A DNA stretch of 64,000 nucleotides from Acidobacteriota bacterium (GTDB lineage: Bacteria > Acidobacteriota > UBA6911 > RPQK01 > CBDAPI01). Within the stretch, counting starts at the first letter, position 1. Every line of letters begins with the position of its first letter. Position numbers and translations under genes: made by a program. Where the stretch lies: assembly GCA_965205345.1 (NCBI GenBank), contig CBDBGQ010000039.1, positions 19,600 through 83,599 on the forward strand, read 5' to 3'. Shown in pieces: positions 1-9,543 of the stretch. The notes under the pieces are model-generated. The model made no database searches, was not told where the DNA came from, and saw nothing but the letters and a program-made list of their open reading frames with translations.

Positions 1-946
1 TGACTACCTTTGAACCTTCCAGCTGTCCAACACTTGTCAAACCATAGATGGTTGTGTTGGGGCTTGCCGTCAACAACGTGGCAACGTTCGATGTGAGTCC
101 CGGAATCTCCTGCATCAGCTGGGTCGGGCTGTGAATGTAGCCTTCTTCCCTCAGGTCGTAAATCCGAGTGGCCATCTCTTCATCCAGATAGGGCAGGGCC
201 GCCAGCACCGGGAGAGGCGCGGCATTGGCATTGATTCTGTTGCCCTGGGCGAAGGTCGTGAAGTAGTGCTGCAAACCGTAGTAATCGACCTTTTCTCCAG
301 ATTCGGACAGCCCCTTCTTCCCATAGTAGATCTCAGGCGTGACACCCCTCACCAGCAGCAGCTGTTCGGGAACCTGAAAGGTCCCGTTGGCAGCCACGTA
401 GGGAGTCTCCAACGACAGGTAGTAGTCACTTTCAGCCCCGTTTGGACTGGGGAAGTCGTCCTGGTCGACCCAGTCGGCAATGGAGTCCGTGATCATATCG
501 GCGTGCATCGGTTCCACACCCACCATGATCAAGAGGTTGTAAACCAGATCCAGCTGGGTGTCGGTCATGGGGGTATTCAGATTGATCTTGCCACTCTCAT
601 CCGCCACCTCGATCCTCGCCACACCGTTGTAGAGTGGCAGAGTCAGGCTCCCGGTAAGCACCTCCGGAATCTGGTCCAGGTTGCCCTCCGACAGCTGCTG
701 CGTGGCACTGAATGCCGAGCGTGATTCCAGGATTTTGTAAACCGCATATTCGATTCCGGCCCGCGCCATATAAAAGGCCTGCTTCTGGTCGACCACGTTT
801 CGAACTGCGTTCACTTCAGTGCGAATAGCACCCGAAAAGGACATTCCCAAAAGGCCCATGGCGAGAGCAATCCAGAGCACGACGAGCAGAATCGCTCCTT
901 TTTCCGTTTGCTCCTTCCGGGAAGGCTCGCCCCTGCTGCGTCTCAT
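1..946 (-). CDS. gspK: type II secretion minor pseudopilin GspK (3' end runs off the window)
   Basis: Absent from the ORF track because it is open to the window edge. My own translation from ATG at 946-944 gives MRRSRGEPSRKEQTEKGAILLVVLWIALAMGLLGMSFSGAIRTEVNAVRNVVDQKQAFYMARAGIEYAVYKIL...ESGKINLN, which has a GspK-like N-terminal TM segment and core. ATGA overlap with the gspJ stop. Last gene of the gsp operon. Confidence 0.75.
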   Translation of the reverse strand, partial: MRRSRGEPSRKEQTEKGAILLVVLWIALAMGLLGMSFSGAIRTEVNAVRNVVDQKQAFYMARAGIEYAVYKILESRSAFSATQQLSEGNLDQIPEVLTGSLTLPLYNGVARIEVADESGKINLNTPMTDTQLDLVYNLLIMVGVEPMHADMITDSIADWVDQDDFPSPNGAESDYYLSLETPYVAANGTFQVPEQLLLVRGVTPEIYYGKKGLSESGEKVDYYGLQHYFTTFAQGNRINANAAPLPVLAALPYLDEEMATRIYDLREEGYIHSPTQLMQEIPGLTSNVATLLTASPNTTIYGLTSVGQLEGSKVV

Positions 947-1707
947 GTCGGGCCGTCTCCACTAAACAGCTTCCGCAGCTCCTGGGCCCCTCCCGCTCCG
1001 GGCCCGCTTGTCGTGTTGATCACAACCACAATCTTGAGATCGTCGGCACTGATTCGAATGGCACCTGGAACGGCCAGAGTGTCCAGGCCCGACCATTCCG
1101 TGTACCATTCTCCAATACCGGTTTGAGGATCGAATCCGTAGTACTCGAAGTAAAGATCCTTGACGTTCTTGATGACGGGAATCGGTTCGCCCTTCGGAAC
1201 TTCCACCATCTCATAGAAGGTCTCGGGACCCCGGTAGCGCGACTCCATGGCACCCAAGTAGCGCTCACCCCATTCGTCTTCCGCATGACCGTAACGCACG
1301 ACTGTCAGACCGGGGTTCCGTATGGTCTCAAACGGCGCCACAGTAACGAAGGTCAAAGCCGACGAACTCCCATAAAAAAGGGGAGCCCTGGCCTGCAGAG
1401 GATTCTGGGCTGCGGGAAGACCTCCCGGAGTCAACCCGGGCCTTTGTACCTGCATCTGGTTCGTGTTCCCTGCGGAGAGTCTGAGCGAGGGAACCAGGGG
1501 ATACAGGCTTCCCAGCTGGTGTCGAACCATATCTTCCAGGACACGCTGGCGGCCTTCCTCATCCATGCGTTCCTGGCTCCGCGCGTAGCTGTTGAGAGCC
1601 ACCGTGAGGCTTCCGAACACGGCAGCCCCCATCAGCGCCATCAAAGTGGCTGCAATCAGGAACTCGAGCAGGGTAAATCCGGCCTGTTGCCTCTGTTCTC
1701 TACTCAC
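943..1707 (-). CDS. gspJ: type II secretion minor pseudopilin GspJ-like
   Basis: N-terminus QQAGFTLLEFLIAATLMALM is a prepilin cleavage/methylation motif (G-F-T-L-x-E). Position between the gspI and gspK homologs. Confidence 0.7.
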   Translation of the reverse strand: MSREQRQQAGFTLLEFLIAATLMALMGAAVFGSLTVALNSYARSQERMDEEGRQRVLEDMVRHQLGSLYPLVPSLRLSAGNTNQMQVQRPGLTPGGLPAAQNPLQARAPLFYGSSSALTFVTVAPFETIRNPGLTVVRYGHAEDEWGERYLGAMESRYRGPETFYEMVEVPKGEPIPVIKNVKDLYFEYYGFDPQTGIGEWYTEWSGLDTLAVPGAIRISADDLKIVVVINTTSGPGAGGAQELRKLFSGDGPT

Positions 1708-1717
1708 CGTTTTCCAC

Positions 1718-2206
1718 CTAATTGAACCCCGGCGTCCTCTGGCCTTGAGATGGCTGCTGCTGCGGATTCCCCGGATCGGCCAGCGACTGAGGAAGAGCCG
1801 GGGTCGAAACCGTTTTCAGGGTGCTGAGCCGGTAGGACTTGCCAAAACGATCATTGACAAAATGAATCTGCACCGCCACCTGGAGCAGCCGGCTTGTGGG
1901 AACGGCCAGTTCCAGGGAGAGCTGCTCTTGTGGAATCTCCCACTCTGTTACCTCTGCCGTGTACCGGAACTCGTCGTCCAGTTCGCCCGACATCGCGCCC
2001 GCCCCAATGACTTCCCGATCTGCCAGTACCTCGTTCATGACATTCTCGGCATGGCTCATGGCTCGGTGGGCCAGCTCAATTCGCCGCAGATTCTTCAGGC
2101 CACCGGAGAAAATCTGCATCACGATGGCCACGGTGACGCCCAGGATGGCCAGTGCCACCACCACTTCAATGAGCGTAAAACCAGAGCTTCCGTTTTCTCG
2201 CTTCAT
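1718..2206 (-). CDS. gspI: type II secretion minor pseudopilin GspI-like
   Basis: MKRENGSSGFTLIEVVVALAILG prepilin motif. Small size (162 aa). Operon position. ATGA overlap with the upstream gene. Confidence 0.7.
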   Translation of the reverse strand: MKRENGSSGFTLIEVVVALAILGVTVAIVMQIFSGGLKNLRRIELAHRAMSHAENVMNEVLADREVIGAGAMSGELDDEFRYTAEVTEWEIPQEQLSLELAVPTSRLLQVAVQIHFVNDRFGKSYRLSTLKTVSTPALPQSLADPGNPQQQPSQGQRTPGFN

Positions 2207-2700
2207 CAGCCTTCCTCGTCCGGCCGCCGGGCCTTCGCCAGTCCACTGATTCTGTCCACCTCAACCTCCAGCCTGTAGTTCCGCCGATTCTGGATCAGAA
2301 GCTGGAAGCCAGAGCTCCGGCCATTGGGATAAAAGCTGACGACCGGCTCGATCTCGGGATCCAGGATCAGCTTGAAACCCCGGGGCAGTTCGATCTTTTC
2401 CACCTCGACACCGTAGTCATCGGTGATCGAATAAGTTGACTCCTCCTGCTCCGGGGAACCAAACGCCACTCGAAAGACCTTTTGCTCTGAGATTGCCCGA
2501 GATCGAGCCTGCTTGAGTTTCGTGACCATATCGCGGGCGGCCGTGTTCAGTCGGAGACCCTCCATTCCATTGGTGAAGGAAGGCAGGATCACCGCCGCCA
2601 CCAGCCCAAGCAGCACCATGACGACGATCAGCTCGAAAAGACTGAAGCCTGCCTCATGCCTGCCCGAGTCACAGGGCCTGGGAAGCGCTTCGATCACCAT
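2206..2700 (-). CDS. gspH: type II secretion pseudopilin GspH-like
   Basis: HEAGFSLFELIVVMVLLGLVAAV prepilin motif. I prefer the internal ATG at 2700 (MVIEALP...) over the 2760 ORF start because the latter would overlap gspG by 67 nt. Confidence 0.6.
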   Translation of the reverse strand: MVIEALPRPCDSGRHEAGFSLFELIVVMVLLGLVAAVILPSFTNGMEGLRLNTAARDMVTKLKQARSRAISEQKVFRVAFGSPEQEESTYSITDDYGVEVEKIELPRGFKLILDPEIEPVVSFYPNGRSSGFQLLIQNRRNYRLEVEVDRISGLAKARRPDEEG

Positions 2701-3119
2701 GAAGTCACGTCGGCAGAATCGTCTTCGCCGCCGCTGGTTCCATCCGCACCGTGACTCCAAAGGTCGTAGTCACCGTGCTGGCCGGGAGAACGATACTCGT
2801 AGTCGCGTCCCCAAGGATCCTTCGGAATGGTCGTTTTCTGCAGATAGGGACCGCTCCAGTTCTGGATGCCCGAATCGCGGGCCAGTGCCTCCAGACCCTC
2901 CCCAGAGGTCGGATAGCGGCCAACATCAAATCGAAACAACCCCAGAGCTCCGTCCAACTGGGCGATCTGGATTTTGGCAATCTCGGCCTTCCCTTGAGCC
3001 AGACGCTTCATGACCTGAGGGCCGACGACCGTGGCCAGCAGACCCAGGATCACGAGAACAACAATCAGCTCGATTAAGGTAAACCCTCTTTCCCGACTTC
3101 GTTTACGTTCGTTTTCCAT
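2694..3119 (-). CDS. gspG: type II secretion major pseudopilin GspG
   Basis: RGFTLIELIVVLVILGLLATVVGPQVM...DPWGRDYEYRSPGQHGDYDLWSHGADG is the canonical GspG sequence. GGGAGG Shine-Dalgarno lies upstream of ATG 3119. Confidence 0.9.
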   Translation of the reverse strand: MENERKRSRERGFTLIELIVVLVILGLLATVVGPQVMKRLAQGKAEIAKIQIAQLDGALGLFRFDVGRYPTSGEGLEALARDSGIQNWSGPYLQKTTIPKDPWGRDYEYRSPGQHGDYDLWSHGADGTSGGEDDSADVTSW

Positions 3120-3185
3120 TGGGCTGAACCTCCCTGTCACTAGGACTCCCTTTCATAGATGCAGTAATGTTTATGAAAGTGAGTA

Positions 3186-4406
3186 CTAAAGTGGCATGTC
3201 GTTAATGCTCAAGATCGAATAAAGAATCGAAACAATGACGCACCCAAACACAATACCCATAATTAAGATGATGGCCGGCTCGAGAAAGGCGATCAGACGT
3301 TGCAAGGCTGTCTTCAGATCGCGATCATAGGTCTCTGCGACCTGCAGCAGCATGGTATCGAGTTGCCCCGTTTCCTCACCCACTTCCAGCAGGTGGAGTG
3401 CAAAGGCCGGGAACACGTTCTCGCGCCGGATCGGCAGCACCAACCCCTCACCCCTCTTCACACCCGCCTTGATCGGCTCCATGGCCCTGGCAATCGCCTG
3501 GTTGTTGACCACCTCCTTGACCAGGGTAATCGAAGAGATCAGGGGGACACCACTGTTGAGCAGGGTGCCCAGGGTACGGCTGAAACGGCTCACCTCCACC
3601 TTCTGAAGAACGGGGCCCAGGAGTGGGATCCCCAGTACTCGGCGATCCCAGTTCAGCCGCCCCTCCTCTGTTTTGAGCCAGCGGCGAAAGGAATACCAGG
3701 TACTTCCAGCCCCAGCCACGATCAGCCACCAGTAGCCGGACAACACCCCACTGATCAGGAGCATGATCTGCATGGGCAGGGGAATCGGCGCCCCAGCGTT
3801 CTCAAAAATGACGGCAAATTTGGGAATCACAAAGCCGATCAGAATGACGAAGGAAGCAATCGCAACGAAAATCAGGATGCAGGGGTAAATGAGCGCCGAT
3901 ATGATATAATTTTTCAGCTCCTGGGAATTTTCCAGGTACTCTCGCAGGCGCTCCAGGATTTCATCCAGTGCCCCTCCGACCTCTCCCGCCTTCACCATGT
4001 TAATGTAGATTCTGGGGAACACGCGACGGTACAGGGCCATTCCTTCGGACAGAGATTTCCCGGCCTTGATCTCCTTGAGGAGATCTCCCACAATTTCCTT
4101 GAGATAGTCGTTTTCACTCAACTGAGCCAGGATCGTAAGGCAGCGATCCAGGGGTAGACCCGCCTTGGAAAGGCTGCTCAGCTCATAAGTAAAGACCAGT
4201 AGATCGTGTTGAGAGACCCGCTTGCGTTCCCAGGGCAGGCGGAACTCCCTGCCCAGCAACCCGGAGACTTCTTCGCTGCTGAGCCGGATAGGCATCTGCC
4301 CCTGCTCTTCCAGACGGGAAATCGCGCTCTTCTCGTCGGCGGCCTCCAGGGTGCCCTCGACCACCTTGCCTTCGGGCGTGACTGCCTTGAATTGGAAAAA
4401 AGGCAC
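3186..4406 (-). CDS. gspF: type II secretion inner-membrane platform protein GspF
   Basis: 406 aa. Duplicated GspF/PilC domain architecture with 3 TM segments. Lies between gspE and gspG. Confidence 0.9.
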   Translation of the reverse strand: MPFFQFKAVTPEGKVVEGTLEAADEKSAISRLEEQGQMPIRLSSEEVSGLLGREFRLPWERKRVSQHDLLVFTYELSSLSKAGLPLDRCLTILAQLSENDYLKEIVGDLLKEIKAGKSLSEGMALYRRVFPRIYINMVKAGEVGGALDEILERLREYLENSQELKNYIISALIYPCILIFVAIASFVILIGFVIPKFAVIFENAGAPIPLPMQIMLLISGVLSGYWWLIVAGAGSTWYSFRRWLKTEEGRLNWDRRVLGIPLLGPVLQKVEVSRFSRTLGTLLNSGVPLISSITLVKEVVNNQAIARAMEPIKAGVKRGEGLVLPIRRENVFPAFALHLLEVGEETGQLDTMLLQVAETYDRDLKTALQRLIAFLEPAIILIMGIVFGCVIVSILYSILSINDMPL

Positions 4407-4410
4407 TCTC

Positions 4411-6123
4411 TTATCCTTCCTGAGTAACTCTCAAAACCTCTCCCATAGAGGTTAGCCCGCGCCGCACCTTGTCAAAGCCGTCCTGTCGAAGTGTCCACAT
4501 TCCGTTCTCGATCGCCGCATGCCGCAACTTGGAGGCGTCCGCATTGCTGACGGTGAGTCGCCGCACGTCGTGATCCATCAGCATGAGCTCAAAAATGCCC
4601 AGACGACCCAGGAAACCAGTCTGACCACATTCCTGACAGCCGACCCCGTGGTAGACCGTGGGAGGCGGGCTCTCAAAAAACCCCGCTTCTCTCAGAACTT
4701 CCTGCTGAACCGCTTCGGGCTCGCGGCAGGAGGGGCAAATGACTCGAACCAGGCGCTGTGCAAGCACTCCCAGAATCGAGGAAGCCAGCAGGTAGTCCTC
4801 GGCTCCCATGTCGACCAGTCTGGCAATCGCACTGGGCGCATCGTTGGTGTGGAGCGTACTGAACACCAGATGACCCGTCAGAGCGGCGCGGATGCCGATC
4901 TCGGCGGTTTCCAGGTCGCGCATCTCCCCCACCATGATCACATCGGGATCCTGGCGGACGATCGAGCGCAGGCCGGCAGCAAAGGTGAGACCGATCTTGG
5001 GATTGACGTGGATCTGGTTGATCCCGTCAATCTGATACTCGACCGGATCCTCAATGGTGATGATCTTCCTGTCCGGGAGGTTGATCCTGGTCAGAGCGCC
5101 GTAAAGAGTTGTGGTCTTGCCGCTCCCGGTCGGTCCGGTCACCAGCAGGATACCGTTGGGACGCTCGATCAAGGTCTTGAACTGATCCAGGATCCCGGGT
5201 GAAAAGCCCAATTTCTCCAGATCGTAGATCTGCGTATTACTCTTGTCGAGAATCCGCATGACCACGCTCTCGCCGTACATGGTGGGAAGCGTCGAGACGC
5301 GAAGATCAATGTCCTTCCCCAGAACCCGCATCTTGATCCGACCATCCTGAGGCAAGCGCCTCTCAGCGATGTTCAATTTGGCCATGATCTTGATACGTGA
5401 GATCACCGCTGCCTTCAACCGTTTGGGCGGAGACTCCACGTCATTGAGAATGCCGTCGATTCGATATCGGACCTTCAGATCCTTTTCGAAGGGTTCGATA
5501 TGGATATCGGAGGCCCGGGACTCGATGGCCCGGGAGATAATGAGGTTGACCAGACGAATCACCGGAGCTTCCGAGGCCAGATCTCGCAAGTGTTCAATGT
5601 CTTCGCCGTCTTCGGCTAGAGCTTCCTGATCGTCAATCCCTTCCACGATCCTGCCCAGGGTGGTCGTCTCATCGCCATAGAACTTGTCGATTCGATCCAA
5701 CAGTTCGCTTTCCGACGCAACGACCACTTCGGTGCGCTGAAAGTGGGTGAAGAGCCGAACCGCATCCAGAACCGAAGTGTCCAGAGGGTCGGCCATGGCC
5801 ACAACGAGCGTGCCGTCTTCCTTGATCTCGATGGGAAGACACTTCGCTTCTTTCATGAAGCGCGGTGAAAAAGTGTCCTCCACCACCGGAACCTGAGGAA
5901 AACCGTCTCCTGTGATCAGGGCCAGGCCCAGGTGGCTGCTCAGATGCTTCACCATTTCCGCTTCAGAGAGTGCACCAATGTCGACCAGCAGCTTGCCCAG
6001 CTTGTCTGGAGACTGCTTCTGCAGGTTGAGGGCAGCCCCCAGTTCCTCCTTGGAGATGATCTCCTGTCGCACAAGAGCTTTACCAAAGTGATCCCGTGTC
6101 TTCAGTGTGGCCAGCTCAATCAT
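4411..6123 (-). CDS. gspE: type II secretion ATPase GspE
   Basis: 570 aa. Walker A GPTGSGKTTT, Asp/His boxes, and a tetracysteine CPSC...CQEC motif typical of GspE/PilB ATPases. Confidence 0.95.
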   Translation of the reverse strand: MIELATLKTRDHFGKALVRQEIISKEELGAALNLQKQSPDKLGKLLVDIGALSEAEMVKHLSSHLGLALITGDGFPQVPVVEDTFSPRFMKEAKCLPIEIKEDGTLVVAMADPLDTSVLDAVRLFTHFQRTEVVVASESELLDRIDKFYGDETTTLGRIVEGIDDQEALAEDGEDIEHLRDLASEAPVIRLVNLIISRAIESRASDIHIEPFEKDLKVRYRIDGILNDVESPPKRLKAAVISRIKIMAKLNIAERRLPQDGRIKMRVLGKDIDLRVSTLPTMYGESVVMRILDKSNTQIYDLEKLGFSPGILDQFKTLIERPNGILLVTGPTGSGKTTTLYGALTRINLPDRKIITIEDPVEYQIDGINQIHVNPKIGLTFAAGLRSIVRQDPDVIMVGEMRDLETAEIGIRAALTGHLVFSTLHTNDAPSAIARLVDMGAEDYLLASSILGVLAQRLVRVICPSCREPEAVQQEVLREAGFFESPPPTVYHGVGCQECGQTGFLGRLGIFELMLMDHDVRRLTVSNADASKLRHAAIENGMWTLRQDGFDKVRRGLTSMGEVLRVTQEG

Positions 6124-6168
6124 CTTCTGTGCCTTTGCTTGCGGGCATCTTTCATTCCTGTCACGTGC

Positions 6169-6717
6169 TCAATAGTCGAGCACATGCAGACGGTTCAGGA
6201 ACTCGTCCTGGGCGATCTTCTTCATTGCCAGCAAGTCCGCATTGTCTTTGGTCGTGGTGATCACGAGAACACGGCGGCGCTTGATGAGATCCAGTTCGTT
6301 CCTGTCTTCTATGTGCGCGCTGATAGAAATTCGGTCGTGGGCTCCCAGTTGCTTGATCGAGCCAGCGTGAGTCGCAAGACACTCTGACAGGATTTCACGG
6401 ACTTGCTGGATCTTCTTTTTCACCGCTTCTTTGTGCAACTTATTGGGCGCGTCAATCTCTCCGAAGGGAAGCCGGATCTTGCCACGGTCGATGCGCAGAT
6501 GGAAGGTCAAGATCACTCCATATCCCTGCATGTAACTCGCCCGCGAACCCAGGACCAAGGCGAACGGGTTCGTGAAGTTCAGTTTGATCCGCTCGTCGAT
6601 AATTTTCTCAAACACCTGTGTATCCTGCTTCAAGTTGGTCAAATTGAGCCTGGCCTGGCCAAATGCCAGACCTTCGAACATCATCGCGACCAGGAAAACA
6701 AAAAGTGTTTTGCGCAT
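6169..6717 (-). CDS. hypothetical secreted protein
   Basis: Internal ATG 6717 gives MRKTLFVFLVAMMFEGLAFGQA, a signal peptide, preceded by AGGAGGGAGA. The longer 6930 start overlaps the anti-sigma gene. No family recognised. Confidence 0.5.
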   Translation of the reverse strand: MRKTLFVFLVAMMFEGLAFGQARLNLTNLKQDTQVFEKIIDERIKLNFTNPFALVLGSRASYMQGYGVILTFHLRIDRGKIRLPFGEIDAPNKLHKEAVKKKIQQVREILSECLATHAGSIKQLGAHDRISISAHIEDRNELDLIKRRRVLVITTTKDNADLLAMKKIAQDEFLNRLHVLDY

Positions 6718-6775
6718 TGATCTCCCTCCTTGAGAACTCCGAAATGAGTACTGGGGCTCCCTGAAAGTGAGCAGA

Positions 6776-7324
6776 TTATTGAATCGCCAGCATCTGCAGA
6801 AGCCGATCCCGTTCTTCGGATGCCTGCAAAATCTTTTCCTCAAGCACCTGCAGACGTAGTCCCAGGTCCTGCTGATAGGCAGCCTGCTCCAGGCTCGCCG
6901 AGTCCGCCACGCTTCGAAGAACATTGCCAATCACAAGTTCGTGCTCCGTCTGCCTGGAGACAACGATGTCGGTGACCAGTTCCATCAACTGGCGTTCCGA
7001 GACCGAGAGGCTGTCCCCCCACAAACCCATCCCACGGAATATAGCGACCGCGCCGACGACGATCAGCACCGATGCAGCCAGCTTCTGAACGACAGACCAC
7101 CAGTTGAATCCGGATGCCGGCCGAACCTTCGTCGGGGCCGCTGCCTCCTCCTCTTCGATCTCCCAGGCTCCCAGCCACTGCCGTGCCTGAATCAGGCCTA
7201 GAAAGTCATTTCGGCAGCTCGGGCAGCCGTCGAGGTGCCGAAAGAACTCGGCAGACTGGACCGGCGATTCTCCTTCATCGTAGAGAACATCAATCATTCG
7301 CTCCTGACTCAACTCACAAGTCAT
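6776..7324 (-). CDS. anti-sigma factor (zf-HC2 type, single TM)
   Basis: HLDGCPSCRNDF (H-x3-C-x2-C) motif, central TM helix, and overlap with the upstream ECF sigma gene. Confidence 0.7.
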   Translation of the reverse strand: MTCELSQERMIDVLYDEGESPVQSAEFFRHLDGCPSCRNDFLGLIQARQWLGAWEIEEEEAAAPTKVRPASGFNWWSVVQKLAASVLIVVGAVAIFRGMGLWGDSLSVSERQLMELVTDIVVSRQTEHELVIGNVLRSVADSASLEQAAYQQDLGLRLQVLEEKILQASEERDRLLQMLAIQ

Positions 7325-7898
7325 AACTTCTCTCCACCAGTACCTTGAGTGCTTTCAGCCCCAGATAGAGGCGCGATTTAACCGTAGAAAGCGGGACATC
7401 CAGAATCTCCGCAATCTCCCTGAATTTGAGACCTTGATACTCCTTCATCACAATCACCGCCCGCTGTTCGCCGGGGAGCTCTTCAAACACTGACTCGAAA
7501 ACCCGCTGCAACTCGGTCTGACGATAAGCCGTCTCCGGTGTTCTTTCATCGACCTCAGCCCCGGCCGCCTCTCGATCTTCGTCCAGATCGACCTGCTTTG
7601 ACCTCTTGCTTCGCCGGAAGCGCATCCGACATTCATTCAGCGCGATTTTGTAAACCCACGCCGGAAAGCTGGTCGGATCACTCAATCGACCCAGGTTCTG
7701 ATAGGCCTTGGCAAACGTGTCCTGCGTCAGGTCCCGGGCGTCTTCCCGGTCTCCCGTATAGCGAAGAATGAAGCCGAACACACGGCTCTGCCAGCGCTCG
7801 ACGAGCCTGCCGAAACTGTCGGCATCCCCGCGCAGTGCGAGATCCAACAAATACTGATCAGTTTGCGTCATACGACTGCTTGCATTACGAAGATGCAT
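7314..7898 (-). CDS. ECF-type RNA polymerase sigma factor (sigma-70 family)
   Basis: Region 2 (DLTQDTFAKAYQNL...FPAWVYKIALNE) and region 4 (REIAEILDVPLSTVKSRLYLG) motifs are present. The true start may be ATG 7871. Confidence 0.9.
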   Translation of the reverse strand: MHLRNASSRMTQTDQYLLDLALRGDADSFGRLVERWQSRVFGFILRYTGDREDARDLTQDTFAKAYQNLGRLSDPTSFPAWVYKIALNECRMRFRRSKRSKQVDLDEDREAAGAEVDERTPETAYRQTELQRVFESVFEELPGEQRAVIVMKEYQGLKFREIAEILDVPLSTVKSRLYLGLKALKVLVERSYDL

Positions 7899-7923
7899 GA
7901 GCTACCGGAAAAGTCTAACGCCT

Positions 7924-8154
7924 TTTCACGTTCCACGAGGCTGCTCGGATCACTTTTCCCGACGGCCGGCGGGCCGCCACGCAGTCACTGTCGTTCCTGC
8001 CACTGTAGTTTCCTTGATTGTCGGCTTTCCTCGCCGCCTCCGGGCGGGTCCCGGAGATGATTCTGACCAGTCGCCGAGCCGGCAGAGGCGCGAATGCCAA
8101 TGAGCGCGCCAACGTGAAACGTGGAACGTGAAACGTGGAACGTGGAACGTGGAA
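7924..8154. repeat. inverted heptamer-array element X: (TTYCACG)2 - 175-nt core - (CGTGRAA)6
   Basis: Units read directly: TTTCACG TTCCACG at 7924-7937, and six CGTGRAA units at 8113-8154. The core shares GCAGTCACTGTCGTTCCTGC (7981-8000), CCTTGATTGTC (8012-8022) and ATGAGCGCGC with element Y at 42728-42894. Confidence 0.85.
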
Positions 8155-8158
8155 TTCC

Positions 8159-9037
8159 CTAAAGATGATCCCGGAAAAAGCGGAGAGGATTCAGGGATCG
8201 GCCATTGAGACGGACTTCATAATGAACATGAGGGCCGGTGGTCCGTCCTGTGGCTCCCACGTAGCCGATGACATCGCCCTTGCGGATCAACCGGCCCCGC
8301 TTGACCGCCAACTCCTTCAGGTGTCCGTAGCGGGTTGTCAGGCCGAAACGATGCTCGATTTTCACCAGCTTGCCGTAATTGAGCTGACGGCCCGCGAAAC
8401 GGACTACGCCGTCAGCCGTCGCAATCACCTTCGATCCGACCGGAGCCGAAAGGTCCAGGCCCGGATGAAAAGATCGATTGCCTGTAAAAGGATCGCGCCG
8501 CATCCCGAACCGACCGGAAGGGTACCCGATAACCGGCATGATTGAGGGCGTGGCACTGAGAAGGATGCTCCGGTCCTTGTAGTACTCCTGGAACTTGCGC
8601 AGCTCCTCGCGCACAGAAATACTCTTCTTCTCCAGAGAATTCAGCTGATCGAGCAGGGACTTCTCGTCGAAGGAGACTTCCAGATCGTTGGCTGCAGGAC
8701 CTCCGACGCCTCCCAGACCGTCCATGTCGAGACCCGTCATCACGCGCAGCTTCTGAGCCGCAACCTCCATCGACGAAAGACGCTCAGAGAGCTGCTTCGT
8801 CTTCACTCGAACCTTCTCATGATCGTTGTGAAGGAGCTCGAGCCGCTCCTGCACAGCTTCAAAGTCACTGCTGCGTTCCCACATCTGGAGATAGTGCACC
8901 GACAGAAGGCTCAAGACGAGCAGAAAGGCCCCGGAGCAGACCACCGCCAGATGCACCACAGAAGGCGCAATCGAGTACTGACGACTCGCCGGTTCCTGCA
9001 CTTGTGAGACAACTCTGCTCTGATCTTTTTTGCTCAT
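8159..9037 (-). CDS. M23 family metallopeptidase (murein DD-endopeptidase / EnvC-like, coiled-coil N-terminus)
   Basis: HPGLDLSAPVGSKVIATADGVV...GYVGATGRTTGPHVHYEVRLNG is the LytM/M23 signature. Confidence 0.9.
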   Translation of the reverse strand: MSKKDQSRVVSQVQEPASRQYSIAPSVVHLAVVCSGAFLLVLSLLSVHYLQMWERSSDFEAVQERLELLHNDHEKVRVKTKQLSERLSSMEVAAQKLRVMTGLDMDGLGGVGGPAANDLEVSFDEKSLLDQLNSLEKKSISVREELRKFQEYYKDRSILLSATPSIMPVIGYPSGRFGMRRDPFTGNRSFHPGLDLSAPVGSKVIATADGVVRFAGRQLNYGKLVKIEHRFGLTTRYGHLKELAVKRGRLIRKGDVIGYVGATGRTTGPHVHYEVRLNGRSLNPLRFFRDHL

Positions 9038-9114
9038 CGGTCACACAGGGAAACTAGAGTCAGAATACGCGGTAGTATAGTAGTCTAACTGGATTCATGT
9101 CAAGAAGATAGAGG

Positions 9115-9129
9115 TGGTGGAGGCGGTGG
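9115..9129 (-). repeat. 15-bp duplicate of the tmRNA 3' end (putative distal att site)
   Basis: TGGTGGAGGCGGTGG at 9115-9129 is identical to 13561-13575, the reverse complement of the ssrA acceptor/CCA end, and is in the same orientation. Confidence 0.6.
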
Positions 9130-9228
9130 CTACCCCATTGTTCTCTTAACTTACTGAGAACGATAGGCCTCGGCTTATGCGGAGTTTCTAGATACCCCCA
9201 AATGTACCCCCAATGCATAGCCGCTTAG

Positions 9229-9543
9229 ACTGATGGGCCGGGGAAAGCTGGCATTGCGCTGACGACACATTACCTGAACGAGGCGCTGAGGTTGTTCAGT
9301 GCTGGCGCTATTAGCCCAGAGCTGGTACGGGCCCAAAAGTTGCTGGCCTGGCTCCAGGAACGTCGGAAAAAAGAGATCACTTTGGTGGAGTTATATCGCT
9401 TTGGCCCAAATGAAATTAGAGACGCAAAGACAGCCCGGGCAGCCATGGCAATTCTGGAGAAACATGGATGGGCAATTAGCTTGGAAAACGGGGCTGACTT
9501 TCAAGGCATCAGACGGAGAGAAGCCTGGAGGATCAGAGAATGA
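9229..9543 (+). pseudogene. 3' fragment of a mobile-element replication protein (DUF3987 / P4 primase-helicase-like C-terminal winged helix)
   Basis: The frame is open from the stop at 9226-9228 and there is no plausible full-length N-terminus. The sequence ...HYLNEALRLFSAGAISPELVRAQKLLAWLQERRKKEITLVELYRFGPNEIRDAKTARAAMAILEKHGWAI resembles the C-termini of island-borne DUF3987 proteins (recognised from memory, not searched). Confidence 0.45.

Noticed and set aside
1-6123. The gsp cluster as something unusual, since no secretin or GspC/L/M is visible.
   Set aside because: The gene order gspE-F-G-H-I-J-K is canonical. The remaining components would normally follow gspK and may lie beyond the left window edge. 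Nothing in the sequences departs from ordinary T2SS proteins.
8113-8154. Possible CRISPR arrays, because of the regularly repeated short units.
   Set aside because: The units are 7 nt and strictly tandem with no spacers. There are no cas genes in the window, and the arrays are only 14-50 nt long.
8113-8154. GAAC-containing arrays as LexA (GAAC-N7-GAAC type) or other known operator sites, given that uvrA, polA and polB are nearby.
   Set aside because: GAAC spacing in the arrays is N3 or N10, not N7. The arrays are not specifically upstream of the repair genes: uvrA has none, and polA has one only downstream.
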